The position numbers and the translations under genes were made by a program. A DNA stretch of 63,061 nt, counting the filler, from Klebsormidium nitens (taxonomy: Eukaryota > Plantae > Klebsormidiophyceae), in assembly GCA_000708835.1 (NCBI GenBank). It is 9 parts of 9 records of this genome, joined end to end, with 100 filler letters (N's around TTAATTAATTAA, not from the genome) between each part and the next. Parts side by side here need not be neighbours in the genome. Positions count along the whole stretch, not along the records: positions 9,206 to 19,128 come from DF238179.1; positions 19,229 to 34,201 come from DF238026.1; 7 more parts are not named here. The stretch is one strand, 5' to 3'. Numbering within the stretch: position 1 is the stretch's first letter; every line of letters starts with the position of its first letter. Positions 12,460-23,900 of this stretch are shown here, piece by piece. The notes beneath the pieces are model-generated. The model had not been told where the DNA came from. It did not search any database and saw only the letters and a list, made by a program, of their open reading frames with translations.

Positions 12460-12740
12460 GTCTTCTCCCCCTTTGCAGTTAATGAAGTTGGTCTCTGGCA
12501 CTTGCTCGGTGCTTACTGCAAAACATTGCGAGCGCTTAGATGAGTCTGAGCCCCTAACCTCTCCCCCCCTTTGCAGTTCCACCAAGCCTTCCAGCCATTG
12601 GTCTCCGGCACTTGCTCTGGTTATCGCTCTGAAACGAGGACGGTTGGATGCACGCTTCGAGCAGAACTCACTGACTTCTAGCCCCTCCACCTTTGCAGTT
12701 CCTGCTTCTCAAAAGCTGGTCTCCGGTGCATGCTCCGTCT
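12460..12740 (+). repeat. Three degenerate ~100-120-bp units, each resembling an intron 3' end plus a micro-exon
   Basis: C-rich tract + TTTGCAGTT at 12472, 12570 and 12692, each followed by TGGTCTCYGG and (C/T)(A/G)C(T/A)TGCTC. Branch-like CTAAC/CTGAC occurs upstream of units 2 and 3. Confidence 0.55.
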
Positions 12741-13073
12741 CCCGCCGGAAGAACGTGATCGCAGCGGTGCTGCCGGACACCAGGGGGAAGGGCCTCCGAC
12801 TGGGACGTACCTCGCCAGAGTGGCCGCACAGGGGTCTGCCGACTTTCCCTGAAGGTAAGCTGCACGCTACGCTCAAAAATTCGTTGAAGGCCACGTTCTT
12901 GCATCATGTAAAAACTTGAAGTGGAAGGTTCTGCAGTGGCTGCTCCCGTCTACTTGCGATAAAGACAGGCGTCGATGGTGGGAGATAAACAGTCTTTCTA
13001 ATGGTCCCCAGACTTCTTGGGTGTGCTGTGCCGTCCTTGGTGCACACTCTGAGGCTCCATTTTTGCTGCCCAG

Positions 13074-14052
13074 GCACGGCCGCTCGTGGAAAGCGGTCCC
13101 AGACCGTGGCAGCTGCGAAGAAGCCAAACGTGGTCCTGTCAGAGAGCGAACAGGAGCTCTTAAGGCAGATGGGGCAGCTGTACGATAGCAAACAACAAGA
13201 AGTTCAGAAACAGATGGAGGACATGAAGAAGCAATTTGCGGATCAAAAGCAGTTACTGGGAAGCCTAGTAGAAGCAAGTGCGCGTCAGGAAGTGAGCAGG
13301 ATTTTTGGGGAGAATTACGTAAAGCAACTACTGGCCCGCTCGCTCCAGGATCTGGCGCTCCTACTCCCGGAAGAGCGGTGCATAGGAGCGGCACACCCAG
13401 GCAAGTACTAATGGGGCCCCTGGAGCGGGCAACTCTTGTGAGTAAGGCCTTAATTGAGGCTGACGTACCAGCTCGGCTCCTGAACAGCATCCAGGAGGGT
13501 GCTGGAGAGTCTGGGTGGCTCTGTGCGGATGGGACATTGGATCGGAGGAAGCTAGGGAAATTCGTCGGGACCACTCCGGATGCAGCACTGCGGTCAACAC
13601 TGGTTCGGCTGAAACGGGTCCTAGAGATGACGAGCGTAGACGATCGGGTTCGAGAGCTAGTACTCTGCGAGAGTGCAGGGATTCTCTGCTTGGTGGCCGC
13701 AGCCTTTCCGCACATCTACCTGACCGGGCAGCCAAAGACCTGTCCCAGCGATGAGTTAGAGATAGACTGCAAAGGTAGAATGGACATTGCGCGGGACGGA
13801 TCCTTCGCATACATCGACCTCGGGGAGGTGAAGACGCGGCTCGATTATGCGACCGCGGTCCCACAATTGGGGTTACGGCTGGGAGCGTTGAAGTGGTTCG
13901 TCTGCAAGGCATGCGGAGCGGAGCTGGAGGGAGTGCGGCTGGTCGGCCGCCTGTTCGTCTTCGAGCAAGGGACCCAAGAGTTTGTGGATAACGCACAGCG
14001 AATGGAAGCTTCGGAAAAGTGGGGCTTCAGCCTGTACCTGCATAGGGTGTGA
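13074..14052 (+). CDS. Coiled-coil + PD-(D/E)XK nuclease-like protein; one frameshift near 13380-13400; 5' exons unresolved
   Basis: Acceptor TTTTGCTGCCCAG|G at 13073. The Q/E/K-rich coil (ORF 13001-13411) continues in another frame (ORF 13378-14052) with ELEIDCKG...YIDLGEVKT, matching the E..D..EXK restriction-endonuclease fold pattern. Confidence 0.55.
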
Positions 14053-14660
14053 AATATGAAGAGAAAGTCTGGATATGACCTGTCATGGTTTAGTCCGCGC
14101 ATCGACATATTGTCCCATTGTGAAACGCTTATGTAGGAGGACAGAATTGTATAAAAGAGGACAAAGGTGTACAGAGAAGTTGACATTGTGTGTGCACATC
14201 TAGCAACCTAGAACTTATCAACATTAAGTTCATAAATTTTGGGCTATCCGGATAGAGCTGATGAATTGCTTGCAAGTGCATGTACTTTGTAATTGCATCT
14301 GATCTGCAGTCAACTTTTACCTACATTGTGATGCGCGTGTACGAAGCAATTGTGTCTTCTTTGGCAATTTGCAATTTGCGCAAATAGAAGGTTTCAAATA
14401 CCGGTGTGGACATGCAGACAACTTGCATGTTGAACTTCCATTCCGTCCGCAGCATCCCGCGGACGGATAGGCGTCTCCTAATTTGCACTATACTCGGTCC
14501 TCGATTTAGATGTCTTAATCTGCACATGTAAGCTCGGGGAAGTATCAAATTTCAAAAGCGAAAACGTTTTTTAGAGTACGCCAGCCGTAATATCTGCAGC
14601 TCTAAACTGCTAATAAATATGTGCACATGTGTTGCATGTAGATTGCAATTACTCGTTCAG

Positions 14661-17600
14661 CAAGAGCGTCGCTGCGGGGCTCCTCCCGAACACGCCCACC
14701 ACCTTTGCCAAGCTCAAGGTGGGAGACGACCTCGTCGTGATCGATCTGCGCGGCAACAACTCACCCGCCTGCCTCGTAGCACCACCCACTACGTACGTAG
14801 ATGGGGCAGGGGCGACCATGGGTTACGTGGCTGCCGGGACGGGCATCCCGCACATCGACGACCTGCCCCCTCTGCCGCAGTTCCTCATTGACTTGCTGCA
14901 CCAGCGAGCGACGCCCCCTGCGGGAGGCGATCGGAGGGGCCCAGAGGCCAGAGCTCACGGGCCTGAGCGGCCCCCATCGGTTGAGCCCGACCTCGTCTCG
15001 CCTGAGCTGCAGGCAGAGGTGGTCAGCGAGCTCAGGAGGCTGCTGTGCGGTTGGGGGGATAACTCCTCTGTCTTCTCGGATGCGGTGGCCTCGTCTGTGG
15101 GGCCCGGGGTCCTGTACAAGTTCCGGAACGGGCCGCAGGGTCGAGCGGCCTGCCCCTACTTCCCAGCGGGAACGGGCAACCACGACTCGAACAACTTCGG
15201 GCTGTTGCGGCGAGGAGTGGAAATCAGCTACATCTGTCACGGCGAGAGATGCAAGACGGAGGCGCGGGCCAACAGCATCCGACGGGGAGCTCTGCCTTTT
15301 CCCGTGGCCGCCTCCTTTTCCGACAGCCAGCCCCTGAACAGCAAGCGGAACCGGCTCTACGTGGACCGGGAGCTGTTGCCGATGGCCTTCCTCCGAGAGA
15401 ACCTGAACGTGTACAGCGGTGAGTGGCATTTTTGACTCATGCTTCTGCTGTCCTAGCATGCAGACAGGAGAGACAGGAGAGACACGTTTTTGGAAGGAGG
15501 CTCTGGCAGATTTCCGATCAAAAAGTCGGCCCCAATCATTGGGACAGGAGAAACGGGAGAGACACGTTTTTGGAAGGAGGGTCTGGCAGATTTCTGATCG
15601 GAAAGTCGGACCCAATCATTGGGACAGGAGAGACGGGAGAGACACGTTTTTGGTCGAACCCTCATGTGCCATTGATTTCGAATTCGGTGCCTTTTCGGCT
15701 TCAAACACGAGGGACGGGAGAGACACGTCTTTAGAGGAGGGTCTCATGTGCTTTTTCTCCACACCGTCTCGCAGGTGACGTGGGCGGGGCGACCATCATC
15801 GAGCGCATCTACCTCAGGAAGGGGCTCAAGTTCGTCTTCACTCCGAACGGGTGGTTCTACTGGAACGGGATCATCTGGGTCGCCGACGAGGGCGGCAGCC
15901 ACATCCTACGAATCATGCGCGAGGAGTTGGTCAAAGTAGAGAAGGGCTACCTGGCCGAACGAGGATCGAACCTCGAGGCGCGGTCGGACGAGGCATCGAT
16001 GGAGAGCGACGACGAGAGCCTGACGGACTCGGGTACCGCCGGTACCGGGGGAAGCGGCAAGAAGAAAGAGCCTAAGATCGTCAACTTCAACTTCAACGCG
16101 AAGATGTCGAACGTACTCACCACCTGCAAGGACCTGTTCTTCAACGCGGGCTTCGAGGGAAAGCTGGACTTCAACCGGGACTTCAGGGCCGCTCAGAACG
16201 GGGTCATCGACCTCAAGACCGGGGGGCTTCCAGCCCCACCACCCGCGGGTGAGCGCGACTAATCGTCTTGCCTTTTGCACGCTCGAACTCTCTATGTGTT
16301 TCTGGTCGCAACCTCCTTCGCTCTGCCGCAGTCTGTCTGGAGCGCTCGCCGGTATAGGCCCTTTCTCTCATCGACTCTCTTCGTTTTCCTGCAGTTCTTG
16401 CACAGCAAGTACATGAGCTGGTCTTACCCCTCGACGGGGCTAGTCACACCGTTGGACGGCCTCCTCCGTGTGCTTCGGGACATCATGCATGCGGAGGCGC
16501 CCGACGGCCAAGAAGCGATGGATCATCTGCAGTGCCTCCTCGGCTACGGGCTGACGGGGCATACCAGCAGCCAGGTAGGTCGTCTCACCTATTATGGTTT
16601 CATTTAAAAACAATTCTACTAGGGAGTCTGACCGAAGTCCCGACATCTCCGAGTCAATGCTGCCTGCGATCTCCCCGTTGCACAATCCCCTGTCGAAACG
16701 CTCCCATCTTGCACTCGATGCCGATGGCCGAGAGGCGTTCGGATCATCTGCAATGCCTTTGGCAAAACGGGCTGGGAGAGGGACACCTATTATGGTTTCA
16801 TTCAAAAACAAGTCTACTAGAGGATTCTCCCCGTCGCATCCAACCACTGACTCGTTCGGACCTGCAGGTATTGGGGATCTTGTACGGCGAGGGAAGCGCA
16901 GGCAAGAGCGTCCTCATGGCCCTGCTGAGACTGCTCCTCGGAAGGTTCTACAAGGACATGAGCAAGGACATCGTCGTGAGCGCGAGGGGGCAGAGGGCGG
17001 CGGCGAAGGGCGCGGCATCGCCCATGGAAGCAGGTGAGGAGCTCATCTTGCAAAGATTCTAGAATATGAGCCGGGGCCGAGTACGAAAAACATGTCTCTC
17101 CCGTTTCTCCCGTCGGTTCCTCTGCCGGTCAAAGGTGCGTATCAGCTACAAGCCCAATGACTTTCCTGTTGAGGTTTGCAAGACTGAGCTCCTTTCAAAT
17201 GCACTGCAGGTCTGAAGGGGATCCTGATGGCGGGCATCAAAGAGACGAACGTCACCGACACCCTGGACGAGGGCGGGGTCAAAAAGCTCACGGGTACGGA
17301 GGTGGTCACGGGGCGGCCCCTGTTCAAGGACTTTATCACCTTCAATGCGATGATGCTGGTGAGGCACTTGGGGATCGACTTGCTTTCTCTCGAACTTTCT
17401 GACTCTGAATGCCCCGAGGCCCCGAGGGAAGAGGAGAGAGCGACGCACGCGAAGAAAGGCGTCTGATTGCTCGATCTTTTCACCGCATGCGAACAAAGCT
17501 CTTGCTTTCGAGTCCGATCTCCTCTTCCTCCGATCCCCTGCAGCTCATCCTCTGTACGAACCACCTTCCACAGACCGAGAAGGCTTGGTCGATCGCTCTC

Positions 17601-18161
17601 CAAAGGCGGCTCCAGCTGGTCTGCTTCCCGAAGCGCTACTTCTCGATCAACGAGGATGGCTACGACTCGACGAACCCCCTCCACGGAGTGGTAGACACCA
17701 AGCTTGTCGCGGGGCTGAGCGACGCTCCGCACATGGAGCAGTTCCTGGTCCGGCTCGTGCAAGGGGCCGTCCTGTGGTACGCGAACGGAGAGCGGCTGCT
17801 CCCGATGCCCGCTCGCAGCATCGCAGCATTGGATGCCTACCAAGTCGACAACGACCCCTTCGCGGCGTTCCTGGAGTGGAGCTGCGACTTGGGGCCGAAC
17901 CTGTTCATGCCGACTGTGGCGGGGATGGAGGCGTACAACAACAGGGCACGCCTGGTGGACGGGCAGCCCGCGGCTTACACGTTCGACTTGGTGGGGACGA
18001 AGAAGTTCAAGGAACTGATGGCCAGCAGAGCTCAGTTCCGGGGACCGGCAAAGACGAACGTCCTGGGGCTCGGCACGATAGCGGGTGTCACGGAGCGCGG
18101 ATACCGGGGACTAGCCCTGAAACAGCCACTGCTGGTCGCGCCCGGTAGTCACCCGGCATAG
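14661..18161 (+). CDS. Spliced Prim-Pol (C-terminal part)-Zn finger-D5_N-SF3 helicase; exons 14661-15418, 15775-16248, 16395-16574, 16868-17033, 17210-17358, 17544-18161; 5'-truncated; one extra base near 16230
   Basis: Motifs: IDLRGNNS..LVAPPTTY..LPPLPQFLIDLL (Prim-Pol end), CPY..HDSNNF..CHGERC (Zn), WFYWNGIIW and NGVIDLKTG (D5_N), LQCLLGYGLTGHTSSQ, Walker A GEGSAGKS, VKKLTG, ILCTNHLP, RRLQLVCF. All five introns are GT-AG and phase-compatible. Confidence 0.9.
15458..15730 (+). repeat. ~80-bp tandem repeat (about 3 units) in intron 1 of the D5 gene; inverted relative to 18395-19110
   Basis: GACAGGAGAGACRGGAGAGACACGTTTTTGG is repeated. CCAATCATTGG occurs at 15532 and 15612. Confidence 0.9.
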
Positions 18162-18394
18162 ACGGGAGTCTAGTCAGCTTCTCAAAGGTCGCATATGTTT
18201 GAGGACTCGTGAGATCTCATGTACATATTTGTACATTCAATGAGAACAGAAGCAAGTCGTGTCATGACGTCGCCGATCGCACATCTGCGCATCTATTTGA
18301 TACATGCAGCGTGCACATGCTCCATATTGCAATATCGTTTTTCGTTCCTCCGTCGTTTGGACTGCTGGCTTTAAAAAGCTATTGAGAAACCACC

Positions 18395-19110
18395 CCAAAA
18401 AACATGTCTCTCCTTGGATCACGTCTGCCCCCCGAATTTAGTATGCATCATGAGTGAGATTTCTGAGCCGGACCTTGCCTCCAAAAATATGTCTCTCCCG
18501 TCTTTCGTGTCCCCAATGATTGGCCAGGATTTCTGAGCTAGACCTTGCCTCCAAAAACATGTCTCTCCCGTCTTTCGTGTCCCCAATGATTGGCAAAGAA
18601 TTAGAGCCGGGCCTTGCTCCAATAAACCTGTCTCTCCTGCCTCTCCTGTCCGCCAATGATTGGCAAAGATTTCTCAACCTAGCCGGGCCTTGCTCCAATA
18701 AACGTGTCTCTCTTGTCTCTTCTGTCGGCCAATGATTGGCAAAGATTTCTAACCTAGCCGGGCCTTGCTCCAATAAACGTGTCTCTCTTGTCTCTCATGT
18801 CGGCCAATGATTGGCAAAGATTTTTGAACCGAGATGGGCCTTCCTTCCAAAAACTTGTCTCTCCTGTTTCTCCTGTCCGCCAATGATTGGCAAAGATTTC
18901 CTGCACAAGCCGGGCCTTGCTCCCAATAAACGTGTCTCTCCTGTCTCTCCTGTCGGCCAATGATTGGCAAAGATTTCTAACCTAGCGGGGCCTTGCTCCA
19001 ATAAACGTGTCTCTCCTGTCTCTCCTGTCGGCCAATCATTGGCAAAGATTTTTGTGGAAGTGCTTCATATTAAAAAGGGCGTCTCTCCCGACACTCCTGT
19101 CCTCAATGAT
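18395..19110 (-). repeat. 70-77-bp tandem array (8 clear units plus degenerate edge units) downstream of the D5 gene
   Basis: CCAAT(G/C)ATTGG at 18513, 18583, 18653, 18729, 18804, 18880, 18957 and 19032. Each is preceded by AAACGTGTCTCTCCTGTCTCTCCTGTC-like sequence, the reverse complement of the intron-1 motif. A single degenerate copy lies at ~17085-17110 in intron 4. Confidence 0.95.
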
Positions 19111-19936
19111 TTTCAATCAACATGTAACNNNNNNNNNNNNNNNNNNNNNNNNNNNNNNNNNNNNNNNNNNNNTTAATTAATTAANNNNNNNNNNNNNNNN
19201 NNNNNNNNNNNNNNNNNNNNNNNNNNNNCCAGCTGGCGGGCCACTTGTGCCACCTGTCATTATCAGAGATGGTTGATGAGCGCACACCAAGTAAGCTTGT
19301 CTCCAAAACGCTTCTGGTACACAACAACAGAAAGAAGAAGACAGTCAACGCAAGAAGCCCAGGAAGAAAAATCTTGCCCAGCTTCTTGAAAGACACCGGT
19401 TGAGGAACTCTCCACACATTTCCCGAGAAACGGTCAACTGCAGTTGCAAGGAGGTTCGAACGCCACATGAGCAAGCTGAAGCTGCTAGAAATATGTATGC
19501 ATGGCCCCACATGCGACCAAGCCTCCCTGTGCACGAAAGATGGCGGCATTAGCACATGTGTACCGTCAGCTTACCGTGTTAATTCATTTGTAAATCGATC
19601 GATGGTGAACATTCTCACGCTTCTTGATCGAGTCATCATGTGCACAATGCACCGAATAAACGCATACACAACACACATGTGTGTGCCGTGAGGCGGCAGC
19701 AGCTAAGCCCTTAGCTTAGCTATCATATGGTGACGGCAAAACTGAAAAAAGACCATCATGCAAAATTGGCAATTACAGACGCTTCAAGGGACGAACTTCG
19801 GAAGTCCGGGCATGTGCTCCGTGTGCACTTGGAACCGAAACCCCGCAAGATTGATAGGTCGAGATTTCACACAACGATATTTTATCGAGCCGATGCTGAT
19901 CAATCTCCCCTTGGTCAAATGATCTGATATTATATG

Positions 19937-20997
19937 CTACTCCGACAAAGCTGTTGTCGAAGTGACAGGCACTTTGAACAAAAGCTCGTCTAGCTTCATT
20001 CGCAGCCGGAGCATACTCCCGGGCGCCTCGGCGGCCTCCCGGCTCTCGGCCGCCTCTTCGTACTGTAGCAAAAGCGTCTGCATCACGAACAGTTGCATGT
20101 CCACGGTCTTCAGGTCCTCCCGGGGGAGCCTGTCGAGCACCCGGAGCGCCCGGTCTTCGTCCTCGGCGTTTACGCACGCTCGCAGCAGCCTGCAAGGGAG
20201 CAGCCAACTGAAATCGAACAGGGCCTTTAAAGGCCGTTCTTCTGGGGTCACCCGTGGACTCCCACTGCTTAGAGACCTGCCTCGCGGTCACGATTCAAAC
20301 AGTGGATTGGAAAAGTCCCTGAGTTCGGTCTGTAGCCGCAGTGATTGGCCTACATCCATGCGACGAAGACGGCCAATATGAAGGTTCGGCTTCGTGAAAG
20401 CCAACACGCCTTCACGTGGCTTGTAAAAGACGTTAGGCTTCGTTCACGCCTTCTAACGTGAAGCTTCTTGCTTCAGTTACCAAGTGCTAATTCTGGTGAG
20501 TGGTGAGAAGGACGCACTGCTCGACAGCTACGTCGCCTTCTCAACGGCTTCGCTTCCTGATGCCATGTTGTTGCTAGGTCTCTGAAGCCCGGACAGAAGT
20601 ATCGCTTTCCAGGAAACTTCGAAACGCAGTCCGATGTCCGGAAGTTTGCGAACTTGCTGGGGGCAGGTCATCAACACGACCACCAGGCAAAGTACACCTG
20701 AGCACATGCCGTTAAACTTTGCACCTTCGGTTCGCCCCTCACCTGACGAGCGTTACGATCGTCGGCGGCAGCCCGTACTCTTCCTCCATCCGCCGCACGA
20801 TCCCCTCCGCCATTTCCGCGTCCAGCGCGGCATCGCAGCAGTCGATCAGCGCCTCCATCCCGATCCGGGTCGGCCGTAACCCGATGCTAACCATGCTGTC
20901 GACGACGCGTAACCCGTTACTAACCGTGGGCAGCCGGACCCCGTCTTCGCGCTCGTCCTCGGAGTTGTTGCCGTTCGGTGCACTTTTGGGGGAGCAA
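19937..20997 (-). CDS. 3' exons (20997-20743, 20189-19937) of a PPR-like helical-repeat protein
   Basis: The spliced translation GLRVVDSMVSIGLRPTRIGMEALIDCCDAALDAEMAEGIVRRMEEEYGLPPTIVTLVR|LLRACVNAEDEDRALRVLDRL fits two to three 35-aa PPR units. The phase-2 junction AG|GTGAG ... TTGCAG|G is in frame. Further candidate minus-strand exons lie at 21.9-25 kb but could not be assembled. Confidence 0.65.
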
Positions 20998-23900
20998 CTA
21001 GAAGAGATAGAAAGGGGAATCTAAGTGGAAGTTTTGGCTACTAACCAGGCTGCTTAGCAAAAGTCGACCCCCGGTTATTGAAGGCGCAAGCAGGCAGCAG
21101 AGTTGGAACCGCTCAAGTCTGTATTGTTGATCAAATGACCAGGCTACAAACGAACATGGTGAGCTGCTAACAGCCCCTGTAACGATATCGTGAAGAGGGC
21201 CCGCGACGCACTACCGACCCCTCAAAGATGTGGAGCAATTTCAGATCAGCAACTTGAAGTGAGAGAGAGGTGAGGCGTGGATTGAAGAGTGCCCGGGGTA
21301 AAAGCTCGGCCGTTTTAGAGGCAGAAAGGTTCAGAAAACCGTGAGCGTCGTAGAAGTAAACCTTGGTGGTAATGGGAAAGAAGCGTTGGGTGTAAGAGTG
21401 GCAGAGAGTCCCTCCGGCCAACGAAAAGCAGCGGAAGAGCATCTCAAAAGGATCGGGGCACAGTCGAAGAGTCACTACGAAGAGGCACAAAGGGGGAGTG
21501 TGCTCTAACAAGGGCCCGGCCGAGAACCGCTCAACTGGAGCAGGCGCTTTGGATTGACAACTAGGGGCGAGAGACAGGGCGCCGGGAGTTCTAAGGAGCA
21601 GGAAAGGTACACTTGACCACTTTGAAAGCGAAGATAGGGAAAGAAAACAGGGCGCACTTCGACGTTGCGGCCAGGTCACACGACACCTCGAACGGACCAG
21701 GCGTGGGTGAAACGGGGCCCTGGGTATGGTCTGAACCGTATCAAAGCGAAAGTCACGGCGGGGATCAAAATGAATGCTTGGAAAAAACTCGTACAGATGG
21801 GCCTTAGGAAGAACCGAGGAGGGACACGCTTGCGGTTGCAGACAAAGATCTGTGCTTTTTACTCACTTCAAAGATTTATTGAGCGCCTTTTGACCCGGCT
21901 AGAAACAAACAAACCTGGCTCAGACGGTAGGGACCGGCGGGCTTCTATTTGACTGCCGACCTTGGCAGCGAATACAGGGGACACATGCATTCGCACCGTT
22001 TGAAAACACACACGCCGTAAGTACCAGGCGATACGAGCAAGCGGAGGTCAACCTCGTGCTTTTTCGAAAATTTCACAACCTTCACGTGATCCTGATTCAC
22101 AAGAAGCAATGAGATCGTGGGAAAAAGCGGGGTTTGACGCACCTGGACAGTTCTAGCTCACCAGTCAAAGAGGGCATGCCGGCTGCCCACGTCCTCTCTC
22201 AGGAACGCAGCCAGTCTCATGCCTGCCTGTACAAATAGCAGCCAACAGTCATTACCAGAACATCTGGGATTCCTTGTTTGATAGAACCGGAGAAATGTAC
22301 TGGAATGGGTTCCACGGATTGCTGAAGAGAAGGTGGCTTCAGGAGAACTTGATGAACAACCAGACCGCTTAACACGAGTCATGTAGCGCACAGTTGAGCG
22401 GAAGCAGTCAATGTTCAGAAGTCGTTTCAGTGTCGGTCAGCTTCTCAGATTGATCCTCCAATTCCAATTGCGAGGATTCACAAAGCTTCAAGCTTTTGAG
22501 TGCGGACACCAGTGCTTGTCAAGCTGCAAGGGGGCCAATCGATAAGTAAGAAGATTGCAGACTCTCGACATCTCACAAACGCCAGGCCCACCAGCCCTTC
22601 CAAATGATCGTCATATCCTCAAGATATCTTTCCTTGCACTGCACACCAGCGAACGAATCACTTGAAACAGGGTGCCATGACTCACCGCTTTTGGTTGTGA
22701 TAGAAGGGCCCCAAAAGTATGCTGGTAGCCCGGAGGGAGCTGTCGGTCCTTTGCCTTGTTGGCGAGAAGCGGCCTGGCAAAAACTGGCGTCACGGAAGTT
22801 GATGAAGCTCTCAAGAGCAGCCCTATGATTGTCCCCCATTGCGCACCTGTGCTGCAGAGGGAAAGTAACGGGAGTTCATACCACACGCGGGGGCACTGCT
22901 GATAAGTAGGAATGAGGACCAGGAGGAGTTTACTGGAGACCGGGAAATGCCACCAAGTTTGGCAGATTGTTGATCTTAGTTCGGGGTGTGCAGTTAGTAT
23001 TGACAAGAAGATTCTGTTTTCTGAAATGCACGTACATGCAGCATAGAACTCAAGCCTAGTAGATGGCTTAAGAGGCTTGGGGCCCCAGGTAAGCGATCAT
23101 GAATATAATTGCGCCAGCAGCCAAGAAACAACTCATGAAAAAAACAATCTGTTCACCAATGGACTGATGATATGCCCACAGCAAAGTGGCTACTCAAAAG
23201 CTGCGCGTAAGGAGAGCACGCCTGAAGACATGATCCAGAACAGGATCAATCTGAAGAAAGAAAAAGGGAAGTGGAACGCACCACGAGGATGGGTTGATCA
23301 GTTGGGTGTGGAGATTATCCCTGATCCTCTGCGACCGCCACTGCTCAATCACCATCTGATCCCAGGGTTTCTTGGCGCCCCCGTCCGCCAGGTATACCCG
23401 CATGTTGGTTTCCTGTGGCTTTCTTGGCTTATCAGGCCCAGAGACTGGCTTGCTCGTTGCCCGCAAAAAGTGGGTGGCGACATTGTGAGAGAAGGAGGGG
23501 CGAAAACTTGATGTAGCAGCAGGGGTTTTGGAGCTGCCAACTAGAGCGGGGGGGGACTGTAGAAGAGAGGGGCGAAGGTTAAACGTGTGGCGTGAGAAAA
23601 CGAATGAGGAAAGTTAATTTTCAAGTGCAACCCAGCAGCTTGCATTTCTCAGTGACCCCAGCAGCCTGAAGCTTGCCGGTGTCCTGCTTCCGAAACCCTT
23701 CGCTTCATCGCTGCAGAGAACCAGGTTGCCCAGTTGGATGAGCTGGAGTCCCTCAAATCCATTGTTTAGTCGCGATGCTTCTAGCTGCCACACTCTCATT
23801 GCACCACCAAAGAGCCCAGCCAATATTCTGAGCTCACAAGGTGAAGCGCAAGGGATTGCGAGGTTGCAGCGAAATGGAGATAATCAGACTTACTCGAATG

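Noticed and set aside
14444-14469. 9-bp hairpin TCCGTCCGC-N8-GCGGACGGA upstream of the truncated Prim-Pol exon, considered as a Helitron 3' end
   Set aside because: No CTRR terminus at the expected distance and no second copy to define a boundary.
18395-19110. Regular array that could be mistaken for CRISPR (also 39840-40345)
   Set aside because: Whole units are similar along their length with no unique spacers, there are no cas genes, and the context is eukaryotic. ORFs called over these arrays are repeat artefacts.
21167-21679. 170-aa minus-strand ORF, considered as a KDZ/CxC transposase piece (also CPHGF at ~10750)
   Set aside because: No complete catalytic or Cys-cluster motif. The antisense frame is about as protein-like, and the strand cannot be decided by eye.
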